DNA of 64,000 nucleotides from Paraphysomonas bandaiensis (GCA_965644295.1 CBFFRP010000263.1:372001-436000); one strand, 5' to 3'. Shown: positions 38,670 to 50,980, counted from the stretch's first letter. Program-made: numbers and translations. The notes: generated by a model from the letters alone, not told the origin.

Positions 38670-40241
38670 CATTCGACCCATCTAGTGAGTGTTGCGACCG
38701 CGCACCTCGACCTATGTACATATTGCTTAGTTCAGCGCTTCCCCACCCGGGTACTCACTGCATATTCAGCGCTAAAAACTAAAAACCGTGTGATAATGAA
38801 GTTGGTTTCAGGTTTCAGTTCTAGGTAACTAGCAACTACCGTATGGGTGTTGGAATACGCATGGTTCTCTAAGATAGTACTGTAGAGTACGTTAAATCAA
38901 TGTGAGAAACAGTAAGACATGGAGACAAAGATACTATATAGCTATAACTGTGAAACTGAAGTACTGTATCATGACGATTCAAGATACGGAAGTTGAGCAG
39001 TGGTTGATATGAACAAAATAATTTATCATGTTGTTGACATGTCTTACATGACAACACACACAATTGTGTATGCAATTATAATAAAGAGTCTATCCAGTTT
39101 AATTACTATAAACTTTTTTCAACGATCTTAATTCTATAATTGACCAATATAGTCAAAAATGGGCCTTAATCAAGTATTAGTTAGACCCCCACCCGGGCAC
39201 TACCAAAGTGCGCGCTCATAATGGTGCAGAATCCATGTCCACGTAGAGCTTCACAGACTCCCACCGGAATGGAAGTGTTAAGTTTTAACATAACTGAACT
39301 ATAAGTAAACAATATCACCTATCATTCTCTGTTATTCATCACATGGATGTGATCTCAACTGCTAATCATGTTCATATGATCATGTATATACAATCATGCT
39401 CATGGAAGGTCAACTACATCCCAGCTGCATCGTATCTGAGGCCACACTACTAGATACATACATATCATTGCAGCCTGTGGATTTCATTATCATATCAGCA
39501 TACTTTTATAGCTAATAATCGTATTGTTACTATTCAGGGTGCTCCATACGGTCCATGCATGTATATGTGTATGGGGGTTCTGTATGTATATGTGTGTATC
39601 TGCTGCGGTATTATTCATATGATCATACGAGTCTCTCTCCTCATGAGGAGCACACACCACTATACACCACTATGACCACACACTGTTGATAGTTCTCACT
39701 CGTGTCTGTGAGTAGAGGCAGCAGCAGAGCCTCTGCATCATGTACTTCATATATGCATATATCCATATCCTCACATTCACTTCGAAGTCATATATATGGA
39801 AAAATAGAGCATTTTTTAAATCTAAAACGAGTGAAATTCATACAGGGAGGACTCGAAATAAAAAACTGTGCGATGAATGCTATACTAATTTAAGCAAGAA
39901 CATTCTGCATGCTCACTGCACTTACTTTCTTGAGTGATTGAGCGAAAATGGAATTGCAAAGCTACATTAGTCCTGACTCTTAAACTGCTGTATTCTGAGC
40001 CCGTAATTAGGTAGTACCGGGTGGGGATCTAACTAATACTTGATTAAATCGCATACTTTATTTACTAGTGTTACCTACTGAAACCTGAAACCAACTAGCT
40101 ACTTCATTATCACACGGTTTTTAGTTTTTAGCGCTGAATATGTAGTGGGAACCCGGGTGGGGAAGCGCTGAACTAAGCAATGTGTACATGGTAGAGGTGC
40201 GCGGTCGCAACACTCTGCAGCACTCACTAGACGGTCAAATG
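38670..40241. mobile_element. Non-autonomous element with long TIRs (Mutator/foldback-like)
   Basis: 38670-38832 is the reverse complement of 40064-40241, and 39166-39204 of 40010-40047; the left arm is split by ~330 extra bp; no transposase; TSD not convincing. Confidence 0.75.
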
Positions 40242-40686
40242 TAGTCAGGCTCCGCAGGGCTTTGGGTAAACTTGTGTCTATTTCACTATTCGATATATAT
40301 ATTTGGTAAAAATCATGATTTTTTTTGGTAATTTGCGTATAACAAGTGTTTATATAAATCAATTTAGAGTATCTAGCTAGCTAATATACACAATACACAA
40401 CCGGCATCAATATTCAATATAAGGCCAATAAATAAAATATACTTTTGATGAACAATGCATTGTACATAATATCGAAAAGATATTTAGTGACATGTATTTT
40501 AAATGCTATGGAGAAATTGTAGGCTTTCGCATTAATACATTATTACGCTGCTTTTGCTACAACTGCAATGAATAGCACTTGACACTTCATATGGAAAAAC
40601 ACTTGAAGCGCTGTCAACTGTGACACCACGATAAGTGCGAACTCAGTACGACGCCATTCTATCACACTCGACCTAATGATTTTCGA

Positions 40687-41741
40687 TCATTTGTAAGATG
40701 TGTTATAAAATCCCAGCTTTAATGTAAGCATGAATATCGATGGAATTAATCTGCATGAATATGATACTCAGATGTAAGTACATCACAACGTATAATACAC
40801 ACCCGATGCATCCTATGATAATGCTGGCTCTGCTGTTCGCATACTGAATAACAATCGGGCCAAAATTTCTTACCAAAAAAAGTCCGCTGCTCGCTGCCGC
40901 CACTGTCAACGATAGCCAAGAAACTAGCTCAGATGGTGCGAGGCATATAATCTACAATTGTAACAATAATGACCATTGCTGGGTTGACATAACTAGATAC
41001 CTTACCGAAGCAGGGATAAAAACGAATAGAGAATATCCATATACGCAGAGGACTGTGATAAGGCTGGTGTTTGTCTCTAATTGCCTGAATAAGAACCACA
41101 CCAACAACGTAGATGCCACTGTGAAGCCATACACAACACTCGCGATACTCACGACGGAGTTAAAGTCGTACTGCCTATGGTAAGGATAAGTATAAGTATA
41201 ATCATCTAAACAACTACAAATAAGCCTACCAATTCTTCCCGTAGAGCCATGATGCCATCCAACTGTTTATATGAGAAGTTACAGCCAGTGTGAAGATAAG
41301 AGAAGTGGATATCTGATACAGTGTCGATTAATAAGAACCTATGATCATTTTAATATCTCACCCAAAATGGACCATATGCATCAGGTTTATCTGCAATTGT
41401 CGACATAAATGATTTCTCAGCCTGATATATATATGGAGAGAGAGTGTGTGTAAGATATAATGAATTGAAATCAACGAATGATCTGACCCTGCAGTATATG
41501 GTTGATCTATACAACCTGCTGATAACATCCGCTGTATCCACATCAAAATACTGTATATAATATTATATATCTATATATGTATGTATATATATACCGGTTG
41601 ATAATATCGTATACTTATACATCCACAAAATGGGATGTCTACATCTTGTTTATCTGTCTTGGACCCCAGTAATGAGTCATGAGGAGCCATGCTATCAATA
41701 TCATCATCATCTTCCATATGTAAATTTCTTGATGTACTCAT
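40687..41741 (-). CDS. Yip1-domain protein (YIPF1/YIPF2-like), multi-exon
   Basis: SIRYYQ|.YFDVDTADV..R, PDAYGPFW|ISTSLIF and CVYGYSLFVFIPAS motifs; several TM segments; spliced end ..LKLGFYNTSYK*. Confidence 0.88.
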
Positions 41742-42302
41742 TTATCTATTTTTAAGTGCATATGATGTGATTGATTCGTGGTTTACTATGTATATATGAG
41801 AGAGATGAGTGTATATATAGTCTAGAGACAGTGATATAGTAGGTATGTATGTATACTGCTGTAGGTCCTAGAGGTGTGTATGGATATAATACTGTTGTAT
41901 GCTGTATGTATTATACTCTGTGTAGAGAGCAGCAGTATATGTACACTGTACCATACACCATACACCATACTTCCTACACGTACTGCTGTGTGTACATATA
42001 TACCACTATGTCGTATATGCAGATATTTCCTGTACGGTATATCATACCATATACACTGTATACTCTAATTCTACAATACAATCTATGCACAGATTTTTCC
42101 TCTGGTGTCATTCTTCACTTCTACTTCACACAATCATCCAGTCCCTCACTAGTATACATACATACACCTCTCCATTATACATGATATCATATGAGATTAT
42201 ACATACATACCCCTCTATATCATATAACTATATATACATCAACTCATTCACTTATTAATACCTCATTCATTACACACTATTCAATCATTTATCCATCATT
42301 CA

Positions 42303-43669
42303 ATGGCAAATACAACAGATGATATTCTACATACAGTTCTTACATTACAATTATTTAAAATTCCCATAATTAAAACATCAATCAATTATGAAGATTGTTT
42401 TCATTCTTCTATTGGGGAAGATACTGTTTCATCATTTATTATTGATTTAACAAGAAAACGTGAACGTTTACGTTGTTTATTATCTACAGTATCATATAAT
42501 GAGACCCTACAAGCCTTAGATGAGTATCTTCCATTAGTATGGCAATTACTGGATTCATTAGATCGACAAGATCCTGTACCACTTGATTCTCCATTAAAGT
42601 TTTCATGGATTAGTGGTTTAGGAATATCTAATGAAGTGTATTCATTTGGGCAAATTATATTTGAGTTAATTATGACTTTAAATGCACGCGCGTTGTGTCT
42701 TGCAAACTTAGCGACGGAGACTGCTAGATCCGATGTTGGTGCTGTGAACGCGGCGGCAAAATTATTTCGTGAGGCGTCCTCAGTTATGTTATTTATTAGC
42801 TCTAACGTGGTCCCTCGTTGGCAAGGAATACATACTATCACGTCACTACCACCTGAGTGCAATGCAGAATATGCGAAGTTCCTCTCAGATTATTTTACTA
42901 CGTCCTCTCATCAGATGGTTGTCGCTAAAGCGCTTCAAGGTTCTACTCCAAGTTCTGTCATGATGGGCTTGTGTGTAAATGTTGTTCGCGGTATGGAGTT
43001 CAGCCTGGACGTTCTATATCGATTGGCCTCATCTGAGGTCCAGCGAAGTAATCCAGACCTCCCGGTACATATGGCTTGCATTCGTGAATACCTTCACGCA
43101 TTAGTTTACGCTTACCAAGCTGATAATATGATTGCGAAGACGGAGACAGGGGTGGCTATTGCTCTTTGTGCTGTGGCAAACGTAAGACTTGTACATAACA
43201 TAGAGTTTTATATATAAATTGTCCATCATTGGTGATCTCATTGTTGACTGATGTGGTTTTAAACAGAAAAAGCTTGAGGAGAAACCTTCAAAGGAACGGG
43301 TATTTGACCCCTTATCCCCAGGCATGCCTCGTATGTCGAAGCAGAGCTCTAGCCTAAGAAGAGGAATTGTGGCATTAGCCGAGAAAATCCAAACAATCAG
43401 GAAACGCGCTGAGAACGATAACAGTATGATATATTTTAAACCAATACCCAGAGATATGAGCGAATTGCCTGAGCTTCCTCCTCGTAAGTGTCACTTCATT
43501 TGTTATTACGTACTTTTTAAGTTGTCTTCGTTCAGCTACCACTCTCAATCTTCCGACCACAGTTTATGATCAACCCAGTACTGAGCTAATACAATTTGCT
43601 TATGATCCCAAGCGTAAACGGACGGTATTTAATGCTTTGAATAATATGTTCTCCAAATCCAAAAAGTAG
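42303..43669 (+). CDS. BRO1-domain protein (BROX-like), 3 exons
   Basis: FSWISGL, FELIMTL, AAKLFREAS, ETGVAIA and AENDNSMIYFKPIP..LP BRO1 motifs; last exon splices in frame to TAG at 43667-43669. Confidence 0.82.
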
Positions 43670-44914
43670 TTATTAATTATTATGCACTTTCTATATTTCA
43701 TATACAACTAAAGTAATCAGTGCTAGTGTATTCCATCAGTTTTACAATGCTCTAGAAATCCAGCTCTGGGGTGAGTACCACCACATTGTGTATAGATATG
43801 AATCGTGTTGATACCAAGATGCAACCACCTTTGCTCTATCACTCGAGCAAACGCAGTCAGCAAGCAGAATGTTGATATACCTGACATCTGCTGACTTCAG
43901 GATTTTGAGTCCTCAAGGTGAACATCCTGGATGCTTGACTTCATCAGGCAGCCCAATACCCCGGGTGCCTGTTTATTCGCCAGGACGTCTACAGTATACA
44001 TGTATGCAAATATTTGCAGTGAAACAGGATAGCGTATTCTGCATATGAAATAAATAGTGAGTGACACACAGTTTGTATTGCTTTTCCCTCTTTTGGTCTA
44101 GAAAGGAAGTAGTGTTGCAACTGCATTACAAGCTTCGTTTAATCTTACCTTTTGCTTTGCTTTGTCGTCGTTGTAAGGGTGTGATTGCAGAAAACGTATA
44201 TAATACTAAACCAATTTTGATTAGATATAATCCCATAATTTATAGTAAAAGTTGGTAGGCTAAAATATGCATCTCTCACTTTATAGTTCTAAAATATTTG
44301 ATGTAATATATATACATACAACTGAAAGACATTAAAGCAATTGTAAGAAATCTGGCTTTACATTATTGGTCTTTTATGGTACTCACAACTCACAAGCATA
44401 GAGTAATAACTAATATTCTAGTTTAATTCCATTCATGATGATATTCTCCATACTCCAGAGTGACTTACGTTAGTAAGCCGGACCTGGCTTAAGCATAGAG
44501 AAAACTAATATAGGCAGATGACATGAAGACATCATGTGGTACTACGAGGTAGCGGTTTCTAAAATCCTTTCCATTGCCATTCATCGGAGCATTTATAGGT
44601 TTGTCATGAAGAAAGCATTGTACATTACTACCTCATACCTCAGTCATTGGAGACATTACTACGCTTATCACACTCCCCTTCGTAAAGTTATAGTGCACTA
44701 ACAACGTAAGAGATGCATCAGGCAGACTAGTAAACACCTATATTTTCTACTCATTGTCTCTGACAATAGTAGCACTGCTTACTAGATTTCAATAAAGCTT
44801 TGATTATATAAACTCACAAGGTACACTGTATCAAGAAACACGGATCACTATAGTCAACGTACATATGTAGTCACTATTCAAGATAATATAACACGAATCC
44901 ATGCATCTTCGACC

Positions 44915-46027
44915 TCAATCTACTACAGCAGTCTTACAAATTGGGCATGACGGCGTTCGCAAGAGCCATCGATCAATGCAATTCGTGTGAAACATATGAA
45001 AACAAGATAATGTTTTGATCTCCTCATTTGTTGCGTAGTTCTCCCTACAAACAATACACTGTCTCCTGTGGTCCACTTCGTCACAGTCCGCTGACACGTC
45101 GTCATTAGAAACTCTCTCCCCAGAAAATCGATGTGTTGGTAGGGCTTCAATGGCATGTCGTCGACTGCTGTTTATATCTTCCTCCTCGTTATTTCCTTCA
45201 TAAGTTACTTCCATATCTGAAGTCATAAAGTTGCCAACAAGCATTCCCAGCCCAGCTCCCATGATTGCCCCATCCAGTACAGATATACCTCGTCCCTCGT
45301 GTACCCACATTCGATTACCCCGCCGGTTAGTGTTATCACCTGTGCTGGACATAATGAGTGACAGTCCTGCTCCGCCTACTGCTCCAGTCAACATGGCCGC
45401 ACTCATTACACCAGTGTGAACACTATCTCTTCGTCCATCCCAGTAACCGCCGAATGGATCTGGCTGATAACCATAATGTGTGCTTGTTGGAGCACCACAG
45501 TCGATACATACCGGAGAATTTTGGGGGATGGCACTAGAACAATATGTACATTGGGCCATATTTCCAGGTAGTACGTGGCTAGAACTGTTAAAGTCCACTG
45601 CAGATTGTTGAGCACCTGTGTTTGTTGGTCTCATGTTGGAGCACACGCGACAATTCAAAACATCCCGACGATTCGAACTAGCACAGTAATCACATTGCCA
45701 TACGTCCTCTCTATAATTGTTAAGGTTTAAATTGGTTGTATCAGGTTCTATATGTCTCTCATCATCGTGTTCAATGATACCATCACGCAGATTATCACAT
45801 GCTTGACATGCATATAATGAATTAGAATTTAAACATGTACATACACTACATGCCCATTCATCTTCAGATGATATAACATCATCTACATGATCTGATGATG
45901 TTATATTATGTATTGAAGATATATTTGGATTCGATTCATGGATTTGACGGGAACATCGTAATGAATGTAGTCTTATATTAGATGCTGGTACATGAGCTGA
46001 ACATATTTCACATTGAACATAATTCAT
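44915..46027 (-). CDS. RING-H2 E3 ubiquitin ligase with RanBP2/NZF-type zinc fingers
   Basis: CIVC..LSCFHMFHTNCIDRWL..SCPIC RING-H2; WACSVCTCLN..CQAC and WQCDYC..N..CRVC fingers; N-terminal CEIC..H...C finger. Confidence 0.92.
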   Translation of the reverse strand: MNYVQCEICSAHVPASNIRLHSLRCSRQIHESNPNISSIHNITSSDHVDDVISSEDEWACSVCTCLNSNSLYACQACDNLRDGIIEHDDERHIEPDTTNLNLNNYREDVWQCDYCASSNRRDVLNCRVCSNMRPTNTGAQQSAVDFNSSSHVLPGNMAQCTYCSSAIPQNSPVCIDCGAPTSTHYGYQPDPFGGYWDGRRDSVHTGVMSAAMLTGAVGGAGLSLIMSSTGDNTNRRGNRMWVHEGRGISVLDGAIMGAGLGMLVGNFMTSDMEVTYEGNNEEEDINSSRRHAIEALPTHRFSGERVSNDDVSADCDEVDHRRQCIVCRENYATNEEIKTLSCFHMFHTNCIDRWLLRTPSCPICKTAVVD

Positions 46028-46250
46028 ATATTCTAAATTAGATATTTGATGTTATATTATAGATGAGATTATGGATAGGAGTATGTGATAATGTCATAGG
46101 GAGATATCTATATATACATGTATATATGGATGTATGAGAACTCCTCGCGATGTATGGAGTATATATACAGATGTATAAGCAGCTAACACATCTTTAGATA
46201 CAGCAATGGGTACGTATGACTACATATACTGTATGTCCTCAATAGTACAC

Positions 46251-46606
46251 CGAAGAGAAATACGTACTTGGATCGAAAATACAACACTGATACTACAGAT
46301 CAATCAAACACTCACGGATCCAGTTCGCCCGTTGTCCTCCGTTCAAACTACACTACAGGTAGGCAAAAGACAAGTCTCTTTGCAAATACTACAGAAATCG
46401 TTAGTGATAGGAAATTATGGTGTCTCCCTACAACACAATAATACTACAGCTGATCATGTTCTACTGTACACTCTCACTCGTATCCTACAGAGTCACACAT
46501 GTACAATGACTGAAAACATAATCACTGTAACAAAAACGAATGTGCACGTTGACTTTCATTTCCATCACTCGAAGACTTCTATACCGAATCATCATTTAGC
46601 TCTACG
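46251..46606 (-). repeat. 3' LTR (356 bp)
   Basis: Direct repeat of 50993-51348; preceded on the minus strand by PPT-like CACAGGGGTG (46607-46616). Confidence 0.96.
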
Positions 46607-49600
46607 CACCCCTGTGGCATGTGTATTGTTTCCCACGATACCACATGTCATAAACTTGTACAGAGTACCTTGGAGGGGCTTCGTCAACGCATCAGCCAGC
46701 ATCATCTTTGTGGGTAAGTACTCCAATTGAATGCTTCCTTCATCTGCCCTTTCCTTGATGAATTCACGCCTCACACGCAGGTATTTTGTACGATATTTGC
46801 CTCCGCCTTTCGTTACAAGAGATAGAGTCGAGGTATTGTCTTGCAACACTCGAGGTGCGTCAATACTGTATCCTTGTTCCTTTATGAATTCTGCACATTG
46901 CACAATCATCATTAACATATCTGATAGACCTACCAACTCTGATTCCGTCGAGTCACGTGTCACAATGCGCTGTTTCGACGATTTGCAGAGTACTGTTGCA
47001 TCCCCCACCTTTACGACCAGACCCGAATGACCCTTTCCATCTTCATGAGTCCCAAATGCCGCATCGACGTATCCAGTAACGGTAAGATTCTTTCCAATGC
47101 ACAGCAACAAGTCCTGTCCCTTAGTCGCGTTCAGGTAGCGGGTCACCCTGCCAAGCTTCTCCATGTCAGCATGCGTCGGATTCTTGACTCTCGTGCTAAG
47201 GTAAGCGACTGCAAGCAGTATGTCTGGTCTAACCCTTTTGGCCAGGTACAGCAACTGAGCCACCATCTTGTGAAACTTCCTTCTATCACTCTTACTAGTG
47301 GGTTTGTCCATGGTGTTCTTAAATAGAGTAGCTGTAGCAGGTGATGTAGCAGTTCCTGTCACTCCGTGTTCTCGTAGAAAATTCTCGATGTACGATCTCA
47401 TGGACACTGTCACCTTATCTCCCTCTGCTCTAATGTGCATTCCGAGATATGACAGATCTTTCCCATCGTCGTGCTTTACATCCCCAAACTTCTCTTTCAG
47501 TTTCTTAAGCAACTCTAGGTAGTCGCCCTTATGGCTTGACATGACCAGTATGTCATCCACGAATATCACCACTGTACACTTTCGCCCGCCAGCTACTTTG
47601 TTCATTACACATGGGTCGACCGCGTTGTGCTCGAATCCCAAACTTCTCAAATATCCTGTAAGCGTGTTGTACCAGAGTTTCGCACTCTGGATGCACCCGT
47701 ATAGCGCCTTGTCCAGCCGCACTAGTAGTTTACCAGTCTCATCAACATACGGTGATACTTCAGGAGCCACTTTCTTCAATATCGTCGTTAACATTGGCTC
47801 TAATTCCATTATGACTTCTTCGCCAGACATCTCGGCGTTCAGGTAAGCGCCTCCTATATCCATGGTACCTATGTGACGTCCCTCTTTAGCAGCTATCGCC
47901 AGACACATCATAATCGATTGCATCGCTGCTGTTGGTGACGATGTGTCTACGTACACCTTCCTATCTTGTTGTGCGCCATTAGCTACCAGTCTTGCTTTTA
48001 TCTTTTCGAAGCGCCCTAAGCCATCATACTTAGTCTTGAGAAACATCAGAGATCGAATAGCTCTCTTCAACTGTGTTGCCGATAAGTCCTTGCGGTGTAC
48101 TGGACGCATAGCCTTCTTGTCATGCAAAAGTTGTTTCAGTTCCGATATGATAGCGTTATATGCCGGTGGACCATACTCACGCAGTCCCTTCATCGCACTC
48201 GTGTGAAAGGCCCTGTACTCTACTGGTTTCGACTTCGCATCCGGCGACCTGTCGTTCTCAACGCCTGTCTCGTCACTGCTTGTAATGCTGCTGCCGGACT
48301 TCATAGTTGGGACATCGTCATCCAGCTCCTCATCAACAAGTTCTGGCACTTCACCTTCATTATCACCGTCATCTCCTAGTGGGTCTCCACTATGCTCTAC
48401 ATCAACCACAGTAGTAGATACATCTTCCACTATTGTTTCTGCAACTGGAGTCTGTTTAACGTCCTCTGGCGTACTCTCCTTCATGTCTTCGCCTTTCTGC
48501 TGCTCTTCTGCTTCTATCGACTGTAGGAGTGGGTTCGGAATCTGACTCTTCCTAGTCGTATCACCCATCTTCGCCATCTGATTCATCGCATCAATTATGA
48601 GCTGTGTTGTCTTCATTTTCACCCAGTGTGTCCTTCTCACTCGCTTGTGTGTCTTCGCATTCATGAAAAACCAGCTACCGTTGGCATTTCCAGTAGGGTA
48701 CAATGCAATACACGGCTCAGTGCGACTTTGCTCGGCATCGTTGCTTCGCACCTTTGGGTTGTAGCACTCCACGTAGTCACCAAATGCTAGCTCTAGTTCC
48801 TTTCGGTAGTTAGGCTTTCTCCCAGTGAACGCTACTCGTGGCGCTACTATGGATGTGCCTGTAGACGGCCTTCTGATATTTAGGCGACTGTTTGAGTACT
48901 TCACCAGATCTCTGACCATGTTATCAGGCAGTGACCAGGGTAATCCTGCCTGCACAGATCTAATAGTCTCTTTCAGTCTCCGGATCTTGAGATCTACCTT
49001 GTCCATGTGATCCCCTGCTCCACACACATCTACTTCCACCCCTGTAATCTGTCCTCTGAGGGGTTGGAAACCAGGCTGCGGATCCAGATAGGCTACAGTT
49101 GGTGCGAAACCATGACTTCTTAGTAGAGATACTTGCTCCTGAAAAGCTAGACCTAGATCATCAGTCTTCTCACTAGCTACCGGAGATACAAGAGTCAACC
49201 CCAGTGGCTCGGACAGTGTTATCAGGAACGGTTGTTTTCTCACACTGAATATATCGGTATACAAACGTTGCGGCTTGGGCTGATCTGCTTTGATTCCCAC
49301 GTCCACGTACTGCCTACCGCTCTTACGTTTAGTGGTCTTCCCCCTAACCGCTTCATAAGGCTTCCCGTATATGTCGAAAGCTCGCCTCACGTCTTGCGCC
49401 GTCAACGGCACGTCTGTTACATTTCCGTCGCTCACAAGGTTCATGGCTCCCTGCTCTGAGTCGAAACCCGCGTTCCGTACAAGTTCCAGCGCCCTCCGAG
49501 CTCTCACCACTTCGCTTTTAGTGTATTCTTGTTCTTTCATTCTTGTTGTCGTAATATTTACCCTGCCTTGTGTCACCCAATCCCTCATATCAGCTATATA

Positions 49601-50980
49601 CATTTTGTTCCGTCTGTAGAACACTAGCTCTCTATTAGGTAGACACACCGTGTATGACACTCCTGGCTCATACACAATAGGGTACAGATCTTCGACATCA
49701 GCTTGGCACAACACACTGACTCGTAGGTTGTCGGCAGTTTTACATGTGAAAAATTGTGGCAGCTCTCCCACATTGGGCAGTTCTACTGCGTGACCAGACA
49801 AGCCAGCTACTTTACACTTACGATCGGCAGGTCTCACATCTGTCAGTAGCCACGGGTGCACAACGGACACATCCGCCTGATTGTCTAGTAGAACTTCGTA
49901 CCATTCGAAACGCTCTCCTCCCGATGTGAACGCATTCTGCATAGTCACTGAGCATTGTTTCTCCTCTGGTTCGACGTTCTCTTGACACTGGTTTAGCTTG
50001 TGTCCAGTCTTTCCACAACCCCAACATACAATAGGGCCTCTATGCTTTCGCACGCTTCCTTTCGACTCGTCGGTCCCATTCGACTTCGTCTTGTCATCAG
50101 CATCACCTGTGCGACGCTGTTGTTTAGTCGAGGTGTCCTTCCTGCTCACAAACGCAACACCACCGTTAGGTTTCGCTCCTCTCTTCGGGGTGATATACTT
50201 CGAAGCTTTAGTGTAGATCTCGTTCACGTGCTTGGGTGGCTTCTGTGTCCCCATCATTAAGTCATTCATAAAACTGGTCTTAAACTCCTCATATCTGGTG
50301 TCGTCCAGACCCCTGAAGAAGTCCATAGCTATATCTTCTTCTTCCATCTTCGGATTCTCCATATCATTGTACGCTTCCAAAAGAAAATCGAAACGCTCCT
50401 TATAGGCCACGATACTCTCAAATGGACCCTGACGCACGTCTTGGTACTTCTTTCTCGTTTCTGCACGCATGATGGTCCCTACATTGGAGTTCGTCGCTGT
50501 TTTGTGAGTCTGCTTGATGGCAAGCCACAACAGTAGAGGGTCCTTGGAGGAGTTAATCTCTTCGTATTCCTCCAATTGCTTAATCGCGTCCACGGACTCG
50601 TTGCTCAGTCTGTCATACATGAACGCATAGAAAGCTGATCGGTTGTCACGCATTTGGTCAATCTTCCTTTGGCGTGTCTTTCTCGCATCCTTAAGTTCTT
50701 CCAGGTTCAGACCGTGGGGGTCATTATCGAGATCGTAGTCCTCAATCTTTATCTTGGGTGGTTCATAATACTCATCGGTCTCCACGAGCCTCGCTAGGTC
50801 ACCAAATAGCATCATGGCGGCCACTGTGAGCTTCTGCTTAAATACCGCCAGGTTGGTGTTCGTCCCATACTTCAGAATCGGCACCGTTGGGGTCAATGCC
50901 TCTGCCCCTTGGCCCCTGGACCGCTGGTCCAACGCCTTGTTCCTAAACTTCTTGAGCTTCTCGTTGCTCGACTTCTTCAT
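46592..50980 (-). CDS. Gag-Pol polyprotein, 1462 aa
   Basis: Zinc knuckle CWGCGKTGHKLNQC; protease LLDNQA; integrase YTDIF / YLDPQ / HMDKVDLKIRR; RT KARLVA, DIGGAYL, KALYG, FVDD; RNase H YVDAAF, STESE, QDN, ADALTKP. Confidence 0.97.
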   Translation of the reverse strand: MKKSSNEKLKKFRNKALDQRSRGQGAEALTPTVPILKYGTNTNLAVFKQKLTVAAMMLFGDLARLVETDEYYEPPKIKIEDYDLDNDPHGLNLEELKDARKTRQRKIDQMRDNRSAFYAFMYDRLSNESVDAIKQLEEYEEINSSKDPLLLWLAIKQTHKTATNSNVGTIMRAETRKKYQDVRQGPFESIVAYKERFDFLLEAYNDMENPKMEEEDIAMDFFRGLDDTRYEEFKTSFMNDLMMGTQKPPKHVNEIYTKASKYITPKRGAKPNGGVAFVSRKDTSTKQQRRTGDADDKTKSNGTDESKGSVRKHRGPIVCWGCGKTGHKLNQCQENVEPEEKQCSVTMQNAFTSGGERFEWYEVLLDNQADVSVVHPWLLTDVRPADRKCKVAGLSGHAVELPNVGELPQFFTCKTADNLRVSVLCQADVEDLYPIVYEPGVSYTVCLPNRELVFYRRNKMYIADMRDWVTQGRVNITTTRMKEQEYTKSEVVRARRALELVRNAGFDSEQGAMNLVSDGNVTDVPLTAQDVRRAFDIYGKPYEAVRGKTTKRKSGRQYVDVGIKADQPKPQRLYTDIFSVRKQPFLITLSEPLGLTLVSPVASEKTDDLGLAFQEQVSLLRSHGFAPTVAYLDPQPGFQPLRGQITGVEVDVCGAGDHMDKVDLKIRRLKETIRSVQAGLPWSLPDNMVRDLVKYSNSRLNIRRPSTGTSIVAPRVAFTGRKPNYRKELELAFGDYVECYNPKVRSNDAEQSRTEPCIALYPTGNANGSWFFMNAKTHKRVRRTHWVKMKTTQLIIDAMNQMAKMGDTTRKSQIPNPLLQSIEAEEQQKGEDMKESTPEDVKQTPVAETIVEDVSTTVVDVEHSGDPLGDDGDNEGEVPELVDEELDDDVPTMKSGSSITSSDETGVENDRSPDAKSKPVEYRAFHTSAMKGLREYGPPAYNAIISELKQLLHDKKAMRPVHRKDLSATQLKRAIRSLMFLKTKYDGLGRFEKIKARLVANGAQQDRKVYVDTSSPTAAMQSIMMCLAIAAKEGRHIGTMDIGGAYLNAEMSGEEVIMELEPMLTTILKKVAPEVSPYVDETGKLLVRLDKALYGCIQSAKLWYNTLTGYLRSLGFEHNAVDPCVMNKVAGGRKCTVVIFVDDILVMSSHKGDYLELLKKLKEKFGDVKHDDGKDLSYLGMHIRAEGDKVTVSMRSYIENFLREHGVTGTATSPATATLFKNTMDKPTSKSDRRKFHKMVAQLLYLAKRVRPDILLAVAYLSTRVKNPTHADMEKLGRVTRYLNATKGQDLLLCIGKNLTVTGYVDAAFGTHEDGKGHSGLVVKVGDATVLCKSSKQRIVTRDSTESELVGLSDMLMMIVQCAEFIKEQGYSIDAPRVLQDNTSTLSLVTKGGGKYRTKYLRVRREFIKERADEGSIQLEYLPTKMMLADALTKPLQGTLYKFMTCGIVGNNTHATGVRRAK

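Noticed and set aside
46604-46612. Canonical TG start for the LTR (minus strand TGCGTAG)
   Set aside because: The 5' LTR has TA at the equivalent position (part of the TSD), no CA occurs at either U5 end, and the TSD and inverted repeat both fit CG boundaries.
46206-46730. Plus-strand ORFs across both LTRs (46206-46730 and 50909-51370)
   Set aside because: Antisense frames duplicated only because the LTR is duplicated; no recognisable domain, and their starts lie outside the LTR.
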